DNA of 64,000 bases. Origin: Bulleidia sp. (GTDB taxonomy: Bacteria; Bacillota_I; Bacilli_A; Erysipelotrichales; Erysipelotrichaceae). Made by a program: the position numbers and the translations under genes. Positions 9,117 to 18,826 of this stretch are shown here, piece by piece (positions within the stretch are counted from its first letter, which is position 1; the number at the start of each line of letters is the position of its first letter). The notes beneath the pieces are model-generated. The model was not told the DNA's origin and did not search any database. It was given only the letters and a program-made list of their open reading frames with translations. The stretch covers positions 46,402 to 110,401 of the forward strand of contig JAZPXY010000070.1 of assembly GCA_045543875.1 (NCBI GenBank). The letters are read 5' to 3'.

Positions 9117-9821
9117 TTAGCTGCGGATGGAAAAGCCGCTGAAGGATATGCCTGCCTTGCCCATCTCATGGATGATGCGGTCTCTGGCCGCTTTCTGGTC
9201 TTCGGAAAGATTCTCGCCGGCAAACAGGGCGAACAGCCGGCATTCGCCGTTGTTCAGATAGGGAAGTGCCCAGACCGGATCATCAAAGTGGATGCCGATA
9301 TCTTCTTCCGGTTCTTCTTCGATTGTGCCGGTCAGAAACGGTCCCTTGACGCCGGTGATGCGCATGTCATATTCATGCACGACATGATCGGCGACAATGC
9401 CGGTCAGAACAATATCGGGATAGTACACATCGCGCAGTCCGTCCAGGCGCGGATCCAGCCTGGTCTTAAGAAGATCTTCATCGATGCCGTAATCACGCCG
9501 TTCCAGCCACGGTTCATTCTTCTGCCGCATCTCCAGCGAGCTTTCGGCAATGCGGGCTTCCCGGCCGATCACCTGATCGATCGAGAAAATGCCCAGCATC
9601 TTTTCATCGTCCAGGCCGCGGGTGCAGTTCTCCCAGGAAGAACCGACGGAAAGAACATTGAATTCCAGCAGACCGTCTCTGGCGCAGTAGGATGAACAGA
9701 GCGCAAAGCAGTCATCGTCATGGATTTCGATCTGATCTTTCAGAAGATCAGTCAGATCATCTGCCTCGATGGTCATGTACTGGTGATAATAATCTGTAAA
9801 CCTGTATTCTTCGACTTTCAT
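9117..9821 (-). CDS. Acidic hypothetical protein
   Basis: Long ORF with normal codon usage inside a run of minus-strand genes. No family recognised; start uncertain (9821 or 9839). Confidence 0.7.
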   Translation of the reverse strand: MKVEEYRFTDYYHQYMTIEADDLTDLLKDQIEIHDDDCFALCSSYCARDGLLEFNVLSVGSSWENCTRGLDDEKMLGIFSIDQVIGREARIAESSLEMRQKNEPWLERRDYGIDEDLLKTRLDPRLDGLRDVYYPDIVLTGIVADHVVHEYDMRITGVKGPFLTGTIEEEPEEDIGIHFDDPVWALPYLNNGECRLFALFAGENLSEDQKAARDRIIHEMGKAGISFSGFSIRS

Positions 9822-9917
9822 AGCTGTCCCTGTGTGCATATTTTATAACATACATAAATTTCCGGCACAACCTATGCACCGAAAAGAAAAAGGCTCCCTG
9901 CGGAGCCCTGGTGTTTC

Positions 9918-10637
9918 TCAGTTTCTGGATCTGCTGTTGCCGAGAATTCGCAGAATGTACATCAGGATGTTGATGAAGTCCAGATACAGCTGGAATGCAC
10001 TGTAGACAGCCAGGTTGCCCTGGATCCGGTCATCCTGAATATAGTAGTACTGCTTGATTTTCTGCATATCGAAGGCTGTCAGTCCCAGGAAGATGATCAG
10101 TCCGGCATAGCCGAAGATCAGGCTTCCGCGCAGAGACGGGATAAAGATACTGACGGCGGATACAAGTACCAGCGAAATCAGGGCACCGAACAGCAGGCCG
10201 CTGAACTTTGTCAGATCAACGGATGTTGTATTGCCGATAATGGCACAGCTGATGAACAGCACGGCCGCAAACAGGAATGCTGTGCCGAATGTGCCGAGAC
10301 CGTAGGCGAACGGCAGAACCGAGAAAGTTACGCCGGTCAGAGCCGAGTAGACAAAGAACATGACATACAGTGTTGTTGTATTGAACCTTGTCAGGCCGGC
10401 ACCCATGGCCATGGCAATGCCAAGTTCAGCCAGCAGAATGACCAGGGAAATCCATGGTGTACCCATGATCAGGTTTGCCAGGAAACCTCCGTTCAGCATG
10501 GAACTATATCCGATAAAGGCAATGGCTGCCGTCAGGGCAACACCGATTCCCATGATCGTAAATACCTTTGCAATATAGGCGTTCAGAGAAACACCGCTTT
10601 GTGTATAAGCATTTTCAGGACGATTGAATTCACTCAT
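9918..10637 (-). CDS. Bax inhibitor-1/YccA family membrane protein
   Basis: 7 TM helices; LTAFDMQKIK and AFQLYLDFINIL..ILRI motifs. Confidence 0.9.
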   Translation of the reverse strand: MSEFNRPENAYTQSGVSLNAYIAKVFTIMGIGVALTAAIAFIGYSSMLNGGFLANLIMGTPWISLVILLAELGIAMAMGAGLTRFNTTTLYVMFFVYSALTGVTFSVLPFAYGLGTFGTAFLFAAVLFISCAIIGNTTSVDLTKFSGLLFGALISLVLVSAVSIFIPSLRGSLIFGYAGLIIFLGLTAFDMQKIKQYYYIQDDRIQGNLAVYSAFQLYLDFINILMYILRILGNSRSRN

Positions 10638-10699
10638 ATCAATTCACCTGCCTTTCTTTCAGAATATTATAATAGCGCGGTTTGACCAAAAGTCAAATA

Positions 10700-11236
10700 T
10701 TATACCGTGAGACTGTCATTCAGCCAGGCATTCAGGATCCTGCGCACTTTTTCAGCCGATGTGACCGGCAGCTGTTCGACGACCCGGTAGCCTTTGACAT
10801 GTACTTCCAGCATGCCTTTGTCGGAACTCTGCTTCTGCTGTCTGACTTCAATGCGGGAGATGATCTCCTTGGTCCAGAACCGGTAGTCATAGTCATGATG
10901 GCAGACCAGCCAGTCCCCGCCCAGCAGCACCTCATCGGAAACCTTGCGGAATGTTGTTTCCTCAAACGGCACCGATACCGTCTTTTCCAGCGAGGCAATG
11001 CGGCGTCTGACACCGCGGCTGCGGCTGGAGGCAATGAACAGACTGATCAGGATGGATGTGACCATGACCGATCCCCAGATGACCAGGGAAAGGGTCAGGA
11101 AGGAAGTATTGTCCCCCATCCAGAGCACAGCTGCCATCAGCACAATGCCGACAACACAGCCGATAATGATTCCGGTCAGAATTCCGTTCAGCCGGTTCAC
11201 GCTTTCTATTTTCTTCAGATAGGATTCCTTTTTCAT
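10700..11236 (-). CDS. Two-TM hypothetical membrane protein with a soluble C-terminal domain
   Basis: ATGA overlap with the miaA stop; two hydrophobic helices followed by a beta-rich domain. Confidence 0.7.
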   Translation of the reverse strand: MKKESYLKKIESVNRLNGILTGIIIGCVVGIVLMAAVLWMGDNTSFLTLSLVIWGSVMVTSILISLFIASSRSRGVRRRIASLEKTVSVPFEETTFRKVSDEVLLGGDWLVCHHDYDYRFWTKEIISRIEVRQQKQSSDKGMLEVHVKGYRVVEQLPVTSAEKVRRILNAWLNDSLTV

Positions 11237-12129
11237 CGCAGCCACCTTTCTGTATCCGCAAGGATGCGGTCTGTAATATGTTCTTCCCGCATGTCATACC
11301 AGTGCACCGGCATCTGATGGTTGAACCAGGTATACTGGCGCTTGGCAAACTGCCGGGAGTGTTTCTGGATTTCAGCCATGACTTCCGCTTCAGAGGCCTC
11401 GCCTTCAAAGTATGCCTGCCATTCCCGGTAGCCGATGCCTTTCATTGCAGGATGCACAAAGGTTACGCCTTCTTTCAGCAGGTTTTCAACTTCCTGTTTC
11501 AGGCCGGCCGCAAACATCAGTTCCACTCTCCGGTCGATGCGCCGGTACAGTTCTTCCCGGGGCATGGTGCAGCCGATGATATATGCATCGTAGATCATCT
11601 CATGTTTCTGGCTGCTTTCCAGTTCACTCTGGCTTCTGCCGCTGCGGCGGGCAATTGTCAGACTCCGCAGCAGCCGCCGGCGGTTGTTGACATGAATCTT
11701 TTCCGCCTGCACCGGATCCGTCTGCTTCAGCATCGCATACAGTTCTTCGTTGCTGCAGGCTTCCAGTTCCGGATCAGCTGACGGTCCTTCTTCTTCGGCA
11801 AATGCATAATCATACAGGCAGGCCTTGAGATACAGGCCGGTGCCGCCGCAGATGATCTTCAGTTCATCATCCCTGTCAATGATCTGTCTTGCCATCTTCT
11901 GAAAGTCGGCAGCGCTGTATTCCTGCAGGGGTGAAAGAATATCGATCAGATGATGACGGATTCCCTGTTTTTCTTCCTCCGTCACCTTGCCGGAACCGAT
12001 ATCCATGCCTTTATAGACCTGAATTGAATCACCGCTGATGATTTCACAGCCGTAGTTCTGCGCCAGTCTTACCGACAGGGCCGTCTTGCCGGAGGCTGTC
12101 GGACCAGCAATGACCAGCACTTTCTTCAT
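11233..12129 (-). CDS. miaA: tRNA dimethylallyltransferase
   Basis: GPTASGKT, DSIQVYKGMDIGSGK, GGTGLY and FAKRQYTWF. Overlaps the mutL stop. Confidence 0.97.
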   Translation of the reverse strand: MKKVLVIAGPTASGKTALSVRLAQNYGCEIISGDSIQVYKGMDIGSGKVTEEEKQGIRHHLIDILSPLQEYSAADFQKMARQIIDRDDELKIICGGTGLYLKACLYDYAFAEEEGPSADPELEACSNEELYAMLKQTDPVQAEKIHVNNRRRLLRSLTIARRSGRSQSELESSQKHEMIYDAYIIGCTMPREELYRRIDRRVELMFAAGLKQEVENLLKEGVTFVHPAMKGIGYREWQAYFEGEASEAEVMAEIQKHSRQFAKRQYTWFNHQMPVHWYDMREEHITDRILADTERWLR

Positions 12130-13964
12130 CGCAGGAACTCCTTTGTCAGTTCCTTTTCATCAAGGGTAATGAATGTCGGCCGGCCGTGCGGACAGTGATA
12201 GGGATTTTCGCACAGCGAAAGCTGGCGGACAACCTCTTTCATTTCATCCATGGTCAGGCTGCGGTTGAAGCGGATCGAATGATGGCAGGCCATCGTTGCG
12301 ATTTTCTTCTTTTCCATTCTTGTATATCTGCTTTCCCGGTCATTGCGGAACTGGTCAATGATATCTTCCAGGAACGGCTGTTCTTCAATTTCCTGCATCC
12401 AGGAGGGAACACTTCTGACGATCAGTGTATCGCGGCCGAATGGTTCAAACGTTACATGCAGATCAGAAGCGGCTTCGTTCAGTTCGTCAACGCGGCTGAC
12501 AATGTCACTGCCGGCATGAACGGTCAGCGGCACCAGGCAGTCGGTCATGACCGGGTTCCGGTTCAGCTTCTGACAGAATTCTTCATAATGGACACGTTCC
12601 TGGGCCGCATGCTGGTCGATGATGATCAGGCCTTCAGTGCAGGCACAGAGGATAAATTTTTCATGCAGCTGGCCGATGACATCCATATGCGGAAAGCTTC
12701 TTGTTTCCGGCACATACGGCGCTTCCGGCTCTCTGATTTCGGAAATGCTTTCCAGGACTTTCCGGTCTTCTTCCGCTTCCCGGACAATTTCACTTCGCTT
12801 TTCTTCGCTCAGAACTGTCACCGCTGCCGGCTTTTCTTCTTCAGCATCAAACAGGGCACTCTGCACCGGCTTCGGCTGGGCCTGTTTCCTCTCCGTCTCA
12901 CGGATCAGGGCATCGGTGTCAAAAGACAGCGGCTCATAATAGTCGGTGCGGGCAGCACGGATCTCAGCCGCCGGTGCCAGCAGCGAAGACTTCAGAGCCT
13001 TCCGTACTTCATCGCGGATCAGGTATTCCAGCTGGTTTTCCTTGGACAGGCGCACCTCCCACTTGGAAGGATGAACATTTACATCCAGCAGGTGCGGGTC
13101 CATTTCAATATTCAGCACACACATCGGATAGCGACCCTTGACGATAAAGTCTTCATAGCCGTCCTGAATTGCCTTGTACAGGCGGTAGGTGCGGACCATG
13201 CGGCCGTTGAGGAATACATGCATCATACTGCGGGATGCGCGGGTCAGGGACGGCTTGATCAGATATCCCGATACCTGATAGTCATAGTCGCCGAACTGCA
13301 CCGGAATCGCATTCTCGGATGCGGTTCTTCCGTATACCTGAAAAATGACTTCCAGGAGATTTCCCTGGCCGCTTGTCATGAATGTTTCCCGGCCGTCGCT
13401 GTACAGATGGAAGGAAATCTCAGGATGCGACAGGGCAAAGCTGCCGATCACATTCTGGATCAGGGAAGCTTCATAGGCGCCGCTGCGCATATGCTTGAGA
13501 CGGGCCGGCGTCTGATAGAACAGTCCTTCCACGGTGATTTCTGTTCCCTGGTTGCAGGGATAAGGTCCGGCCGAAACAATTTTTCCGTATTCAATGACCA
13601 TGCGGGTGGATTCATTTCCGTCCGAAGTTGTCAGTGTCAGTTTCGAAACGCTGGCAATCGAAGGCAGAGCTTCACCGCGGAAGCCGAGAGTATGAATCGA
13701 CCAGAGATCATTCTGGGAGCGGATCTTTGAAGTCGCATGGCGCTGAAATGCCATCTGGGCATCGCTGCTGTCCATGCCGGTGCCGTTGTCGGCAACACTC
13801 AGTTTCTGGATACCGCCTTCTTCCATACTGATATCGATTCTTGTGGCTTCGGCATCAATGGCATTTTCCACAAGTTCCTTGACGACGCCCATCGGTCTTT
13901 CGACGACCTCTCCGGCGGCGATCATATTCGCTGTCTGTGCATCAAGCTGTCTGATTTTTCCCAT
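12126..13964 (-). CDS. mutL: DNA mismatch repair endonuclease MutL
   Basis: IAAGEVVERP and GFRGEAL; endonuclease motifs DQHAAQERVHYE, ACH and CPHGRP. Start MGKIRQL at 13964. Confidence 0.97.
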   Translation of the reverse strand: MGKIRQLDAQTANMIAAGEVVERPMGVVKELVENAIDAEATRIDISMEEGGIQKLSVADNGTGMDSSDAQMAFQRHATSKIRSQNDLWSIHTLGFRGEALPSIASVSKLTLTTSDGNESTRMVIEYGKIVSAGPYPCNQGTEITVEGLFYQTPARLKHMRSGAYEASLIQNVIGSFALSHPEISFHLYSDGRETFMTSGQGNLLEVIFQVYGRTASENAIPVQFGDYDYQVSGYLIKPSLTRASRSMMHVFLNGRMVRTYRLYKAIQDGYEDFIVKGRYPMCVLNIEMDPHLLDVNVHPSKWEVRLSKENQLEYLIRDEVRKALKSSLLAPAAEIRAARTDYYEPLSFDTDALIRETERKQAQPKPVQSALFDAEEEKPAAVTVLSEEKRSEIVREAEEDRKVLESISEIREPEAPYVPETRSFPHMDVIGQLHEKFILCACTEGLIIIDQHAAQERVHYEEFCQKLNRNPVMTDCLVPLTVHAGSDIVSRVDELNEAASDLHVTFEPFGRDTLIVRSVPSWMQEIEEQPFLEDIIDQFRNDRESRYTRMEKKKIATMACHHSIRFNRSLTMDEMKEVVRQLSLCENPYHCPHGRPTFITLDEKELTKEFLR

Positions 13965-14028
13965 ATCGTTATACCTTGTCCCATTATACAACAGAAAACC
14001 GGCGATTGATTCCGCCGGCTTGCCGGTA

Positions 14029-14682
14029 TTAATCAGGTTCAAGAAACGCACGATAGGCCTTTTCTTCCAGATACAGCTGACGCCACTCTTCTTTTTCCTT
14101 TACTTCCTGTACGGCCTTCTCCAGACGTTCGCACAGTTCTCCTTCACATCTGCCTTCCCGCAGGTAATGAATGACCTTCCGGATTTCCGGATCCTCTGCC
14201 TCTGTTTCTTCGTGCAGGGAAACCAGCACCCCTTCAATGACCCAGTGTTCATCTTCGTCCGGACAGAGATCTTCTCCCCGCAGCACCAGCCGCATTACCG
14301 GCTGATCGCAGTGAAACGGATCGCTGCAGCATATGGTCAGGTTCAGGGTTCTGCCGTTCTTCCTGTCTTCAGCTGTCTGGCAGCCGGCCTGATAGCCGTC
14401 CTTTTTTTCTTCCTTCAGTTCGCGGATATAGTCCAGCCACAGCGTCACTTCGCCGTTTTCGGTTTCGGCCGATGCCCGGAAGGAAGGATCGGTGCGGGCA
14501 CCGTGCAGAACATCCGCCAGGCTGACCTTCATTTTCCGGATGCGGCAGATGCCGGCACCCGGAAAGAATACCTTCATCAGTTCTGACAGAAGCCAGGGAT
14601 GTTCATAGAACACCAGCGAAAAGATCATCGGGTCGCGGATATCTGCCATTTCCCATGACAGATCTGACTGCATTTTGTTCAT
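14029..14682 (-). CDS. Degenerate Rpn-family / PD-(D/E)XK nuclease-like protein
   Basis: N-terminal DIRDPMIFSLVF, middle LTICCSDPF and C-terminal IHYLREG...RLEKAVQEVKEKEEWRQLY resemble Firmicute Rpn-family proteins. No RLDV or IEMQ catalytic motif. AAGGAG SD 8 nt before 14682. Confidence 0.55.
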   Translation of the reverse strand: MNKMQSDLSWEMADIRDPMIFSLVFYEHPWLLSELMKVFFPGAGICRIRKMKVSLADVLHGARTDPSFRASAETENGEVTLWLDYIRELKEEKKDGYQAGCQTAEDRKNGRTLNLTICCSDPFHCDQPVMRLVLRGEDLCPDEDEHWVIEGVLVSLHEETEAEDPEIRKVIHYLREGRCEGELCERLEKAVQEVKEKEEWRQLYLEEKAYRAFLEPD

Positions 14683-14723
14683 TCCAGTCTCTCCTTTCAT
14701 TTTTTATATAGAGAGACAGATGG

Positions 14724-14746
14724 AAAAAGCCTCCCGTCCGGGAGGC
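14724..14746 (-). terminator. Terminator after pepD
   Basis: Minus strand GCCTCCC-GGAC-GGGAGGC-TTTTT. Confidence 0.75.
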
Positions 14747-14756
14747 TCACAGAACA

Positions 14757-16187
14757 TTATTTACTGCGGGCAAGTACTTCGCACAGTACCGCAAAGGCTC
14801 TGTCGAAGGATGCCAGATCCAGTTTTTCTTCCGGTGTATGGGCACCTTCGGCAACCGGTCCGTAGGTAATGATGTCGAGATCTTCATCCAGGCCCTTGAA
14901 GATGCCGCATTCCAGGCCGCCGTGAGCTGCTTCTTCCTTCAGCTCAATGCCGCGCTCCTGCAGCACTTCCCGCAGCAGCTTTCTCAGCTCGGATGTCTCG
15001 GTGAATCCCCAGCCGGCATAGCGGTCGGAGATTTCACATCTGACACCGGTCAGAGCAGCCAGTGCCTGCAGATGATTGATCATGTCATCGGTATGGGATG
15101 CCAGCGCACTGCGGATCAGATCTTCGATCAGGATCTCATCTTCCTTTGTCGTTACAACACCGGCATTCAGAGATGCGACGGTCAGGCCGTCAATGACGAC
15201 GGAACGATGCTGGAAGCCGTCGATCATCAGATACAGATAGTTCAGGAACCGGTCGCCGTCCTGCTGAGCGATGACCTTCGGGGCATCGGCGGTTTCAAAG
15301 ACAGCCCGGAAGTCCGGATCGCTGAATTCATATTCTCCCTGAATCTTCGCTTCGCTTTCGCGCATGGCCTTTTCAATTGTTTCCGGTGCAGTCTCACTGG
15401 CAAATACAGCATCTGCCTCTCTGGCAATGGCATTGAATTTCAGGCCGCCGTTAAAGCATGCCAGCTGCACATCGATACCCTGCATCTGCAGTTCCTTCAG
15501 GATTCTCGCCAGCAGGGTATTGGCATTGCCCAGTTCCTTATGGATCAGAGCGCCGGAATGGCCGCCTTTCAGTCCGCGGACACGGACGGCATAGGCCGGC
15601 TTTGTGTTGTCTTCAAAATGAATCGGGCAGTGAATGAATCCGGTTGCGCCGCCGGAAGAACTGACCGTCGTTCTGATTTCGCCGCCGCCGTCAAGATTGA
15701 TCAGCTTTTTGCCGTGCAGATCTTCCTTTTTCAGATTGGCAGCACCGAGCAGGCCGATTTCTTCCATGGAAGTAAACAGGCAGGAAATGGCCGGATGCCT
15801 GAGCTCGTCATTCTCCAGAATTGCCAGCATATAGGCAACGCCGTAGCCGTCATCGGCACCGAGCGTTGTTCCTCTGGCCTTCAGCCAGCCGTCTTCAACA
15901 TACAGATCGAGGGGATCCTTTTCAAAGTCATGTTCAACATCGTTGTTCTTCTCGCAGACCATATCGATGTGGGCCTGCATGATGACCGGCACACTGTCTT
16001 CATAGCTTTCACTGGCCGGCTTGTCGATAATGACATTCCAGACTTCGTCCTGCTTGTACGGCAGGCCGTGTTCCTTTGCGAAGGAAACCAGATAGTCACT
16101 GATTGCCTTTTCATTGCGGGAACCGCGCGGGATTTTTGAAATCTCATTGAAGTAGTAGCAGTGTCTCTTGTTCAGATCAAACTCCAT
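14757..16187 (-). CDS. pepD: Aminoacyl-histidine dipeptidase (M20C, PepD)
   Basis: QAHIDMVC, TTLGADDG, EEIGL, GLKGGHSG, HGGLECG and HTPEE motifs. Confidence 0.9.
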   Translation of the reverse strand: MEFDLNKRHCYYFNEISKIPRGSRNEKAISDYLVSFAKEHGLPYKQDEVWNVIIDKPASESYEDSVPVIMQAHIDMVCEKNNDVEHDFEKDPLDLYVEDGWLKARGTTLGADDGYGVAYMLAILENDELRHPAISCLFTSMEEIGLLGAANLKKEDLHGKKLINLDGGGEIRTTVSSSGGATGFIHCPIHFEDNTKPAYAVRVRGLKGGHSGALIHKELGNANTLLARILKELQMQGIDVQLACFNGGLKFNAIAREADAVFASETAPETIEKAMRESEAKIQGEYEFSDPDFRAVFETADAPKVIAQQDGDRFLNYLYLMIDGFQHRSVVIDGLTVASLNAGVVTTKEDEILIEDLIRSALASHTDDMINHLQALAALTGVRCEISDRYAGWGFTETSELRKLLREVLQERGIELKEEAAHGGLECGIFKGLDEDLDIITYGPVAEGAHTPEEKLDLASFDRAFAVLCEVLARSK

Positions 16188-16205
16188 TTGAAAGCCTCCT
16201 GATTT

Positions 16206-16748
16206 CTATAGTTTTGTCAGCCAGCCGATCAGCCGGTCCAGCCAGGTATTTCCGTTCTGTCTTTTCGCTGCGGCATACTCCATCCGCTGTGCCGTTATCC
16301 CGTCTTCACTGATATGCACCAGCATATAGCTGGGCGGGGTGCCGTCACGGTTATGCCGCAGGGATCCGGGATTCAGAAGCCTGACCCCGTCCACGACAAG
16401 ATCATCATAGGTATGGACATGGCCGAAGAAAACCGTATCACAGCCTTTTGCCCTGGCCCGCTGTACCATCGGTTCATAGTGGAAGTAGGACAGAAAGTCC
16501 ATGTGGCCGTGGCAGATATAGATCCTGTGGCCGCCGGCTTCGAGAATCTGCTGATCCGGGGCATTGTTTCCCAGGACAAAATCATTGTTGCCGCGGACAC
16601 ACAGAAATCCTTCCAGTTCATCGATTGCCATTTCCGAATCACCGCAGTGCACGAAATAATCATAATCGGCATACATTTCCCGAAGAGTTTTCAGCGCTTC
16701 GCGGTCGCCGTGATTGTCCGATACCAGCAGAATCCTTACCGTGTTCAT
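16206..16748 (-). CDS. YfcE/MJ0936-family metallophosphoesterase
   Basis: SDNH, HCGD, RGNND, HGH, GHVH and NPGS motifs. Confidence 0.9.
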   Translation of the reverse strand: MNTVRILLVSDNHGDREALKTLREMYADYDYFVHCGDSEMAIDELEGFLCVRGNNDFVLGNNAPDQQILEAGGHRIYICHGHMDFLSYFHYEPMVQRARAKGCDTVFFGHVHTYDDLVVDGVRLLNPGSLRHNRDGTPPSYMLVHISEDGITAQRMEYAAAKRQNGNTWLDRLIGWLTKL

Positions 16749-16814
16749 GCCTGAATTATAATCTCTTCTTGGGCCGGAAGAAATCTCACTGCCCGGAAAT
16801 CAGAATCTTTTTGC

Positions 16815-16840
16815 AAAAAGAGGTGATTCTTTCACCTCTT
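16815..16840 (-). terminator. Terminator after the malic enzyme gene
   Basis: GAGGTGA/TCACCTC stem with a T-tract on the minus strand. Confidence 0.7.
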
Positions 16841-16875
16841 CTGCATCTTTGTATCTGTGATGATGTCCTGTGTAT

Positions 16876-18048
16876 TTACTTTGCCTGGGCAATGCCTTCC
16901 CTGACGGCAACATCAGCTACTGCCTTTGCGACAGTCCTGGCGGCTTCGGGATGGAAGACGCTGACGATGATGTTTTCATCACTGAGTTCTTCTTCCTTTA
17001 CCAGTGACGCAATGGCTTCGGCCGCTGCCAGCTTCATGTCTTCGTTGATTTCCTTCGCTCTGACATCCAGGGCACCGCGGAAGATTCCCGGGAAGACGAG
17101 CAGGTTGTTGATCTGGTTCGGGAAGTCGCTGCGGCCGGTGCCGACAATTCTGGCACCTGCTTCCTTGGCAAGCTCAGGCATGATTTCCGGTGTCGGATTG
17201 GCCATCGGGAATACGCATGCGTCCTTGTTCATCGACTTCACCATTTCCGGTGTGACAACATTGCCGACCGATACACCGATGAAGACATCGGCTCCGTTCA
17301 TGGCATCTTTCAGTGTGCCTGTCAGATGTTCCGGATTGGTAATTCCGGCCAGATCCTTCTGGGCATCATTCAGGGCTGTTTCTTCGGTGAGAATGCCGTT
17401 TCTGTCACAGAATACGACATTCTTTGCGCCGTATTCCATCAGCAGCCGGCCGATGGCAGTTCCGGCTGAACCGGCACCGTTGATGACAATGCGGATATCG
17501 GCAATGTCCTTCTTTACGATCTTCAGGGCATTGATCAGAGCGGCCAGAAGAACGATGGCTGTACCGTGCTGGTCGTCATGGAAGACCGGAATGTTCAGGC
17601 GTTCCTTCAGCTTTCTTTCAATTTCAAAGCATCTCGGTGCGGCAATATCTTCCAGATTGATGCCGCCGAAGGTCGGGGCAATGCGGCATACCGTTTCAAC
17701 GATTTCATCGGTATCCTTGGTATCCAGGCAGATCGGGAAGGCATCGACATTGGCAAACTGCTTGAACAGGATCGCCTTGCCTTCCATGACCGGCAGACCA
17801 GCCTCCGGTCCGATATCACCGAGGCCCAGCACTGCCGTACCGTCGGTTACGACTGCCACCAGGTTTCCCTTGGCAGTATATTTATAGACATCTTCCTTGT
17901 TCTCGGCAATCTTCCGGCACGGAGCGGCAACGCCCGGTGTGTACTCGATGCTGAGGTCGTCTCTTGTCTTCAGTTCGGTTTTGGATGCTACTTCGATCTT
18001 TCCTTTATGTTCTTCATGAAACTTCAGGGACAGTTCATCATAGTTCAT
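16876..18048 (-). CDS. NAD(P)-dependent malic enzyme
   Basis: YTPGVA, TDGTAVLGLGDIG, EGKAILFK, NLEDI, DDQHGTA, GAGSAG and DFPNQINN. Start MNYDELSL at 18048. Confidence 0.95.
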   Translation of the reverse strand: MNYDELSLKFHEEHKGKIEVASKTELKTRDDLSIEYTPGVAAPCRKIAENKEDVYKYTAKGNLVAVVTDGTAVLGLGDIGPEAGLPVMEGKAILFKQFANVDAFPICLDTKDTDEIVETVCRIAPTFGGINLEDIAAPRCFEIERKLKERLNIPVFHDDQHGTAIVLLAALINALKIVKKDIADIRIVINGAGSAGTAIGRLLMEYGAKNVVFCDRNGILTEETALNDAQKDLAGITNPEHLTGTLKDAMNGADVFIGVSVGNVVTPEMVKSMNKDACVFPMANPTPEIMPELAKEAGARIVGTGRSDFPNQINNLLVFPGIFRGALDVRAKEINEDMKLAAAEAIASLVKEEELSDENIIVSVFHPEAARTVAKAVADVAVREGIAQAK

Positions 18049-18126
18049 TTTGTCTTCCTCGCTTTCCGCTGTAATTCCCCATAACAAATAACGCATATTA
18101 TAACTGCCGTCAAGAAAAGCTATACC

Positions 18127-18152
18127 AAAAAACTGCAGATTTCTCTGCAGTT
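18127..18152 (-). terminator. Terminator after the DUF4352 lipoprotein gene
   Basis: CTGCAGA-GAAA-TCTGCAG-TTTTTT on the minus strand. Confidence 0.75.
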
Positions 18153-18159
18153 CCGGTTA

Positions 18160-18750
18160 TCAGTTGCTGTTGTTTTCTGCGGCAGGTGCTTCGCCTTCGG
18201 CCGGTGTTTCACCTTCCGCCGGGGCAGCTTCTTCACCGATCTTGAACGATACGGTATAGATATCGCCTTCCACGGCTTCGGTGCTGTCGCCTTCAGTATA
18301 GTAGTCCTGTGTCTTCAGTCCGAATTCTGTCATTTCCGGCGGTACGGCAAAAATCAGTTCGCCTGATTTCGATGAAGCTTCGCCAAGGTCATACTGGGCC
18401 GGAAGCTGTCTGTCGCTCAGCTGCGTTGTCGTATACATCGAGATCGGATAGTCATAATCCTTCTCGCCTTCACCCCAGGAAATATAGAAATCAGAATCAG
18501 ACATCGTGATTGCATTCTTGCTGTTGTTTGTGACTGTCACATCGACAACAAGAAGCTTGTAGCCGTCATGGCCAAGCATGCCGTTCATCTCATCTTCGAG
18601 TCTGGCGGTTGTTACAGTGTAATCAAAGAACATTGTGGAAATGGTGTCTCCGATTCCGCCGTTCAAAGTTTTTGCACCATCTTTGCCGCTGCATCCGGCA
18701 ATTGAAATTGCCAGCAGTCCTGCCGCAGCAGCAGTCACTAATTTTTTCAT
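18160..18750 (-). CDS. DUF4352-like lipoprotein
   Basis: MKKLVTAAAAGLLAISIAG-C lipobox; YKLLVVDVTVTNNS, DFYI and SGELIFAVP match the DUF4352 Ig-like pattern. Confidence 0.78.
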   Translation of the reverse strand: MKKLVTAAAAGLLAISIAGCSGKDGAKTLNGGIGDTISTMFFDYTVTTARLEDEMNGMLGHDGYKLLVVDVTVTNNSKNAITMSDSDFYISWGEGEKDYDYPISMYTTTQLSDRQLPAQYDLGEASSKSGELIFAVPPEMTEFGLKTQDYYTEGDSTEAVEGDIYTVSFKIGEEAAPAEGETPAEGEAPAAENNSN

Positions 18751-18826
18751 ATGATTTTCCCTCACCAATAACTGTATGATATCAAATTTCATTCATAAAC
18801 TGAATGCCTGTTTTCCGGCCTTCCGT

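Noticed and set aside
14029-14682. Active transposase or IS element
   Set aside because: No catalytic motif, terminal inverted repeats or target duplication seen; kept only as a degenerate Rpn-like CDS.
16448-17887. 479-aa plus-strand ORF, and similar long antisense ORFs (for example 12186-13730, 36931-38634, 47797-49158, 62287-63867, 60620-61639, 25907-27202)
   Set aside because: They lie opposite well-supported genes, have no family motifs, and are the usual antisense shadows of biased codon usage.
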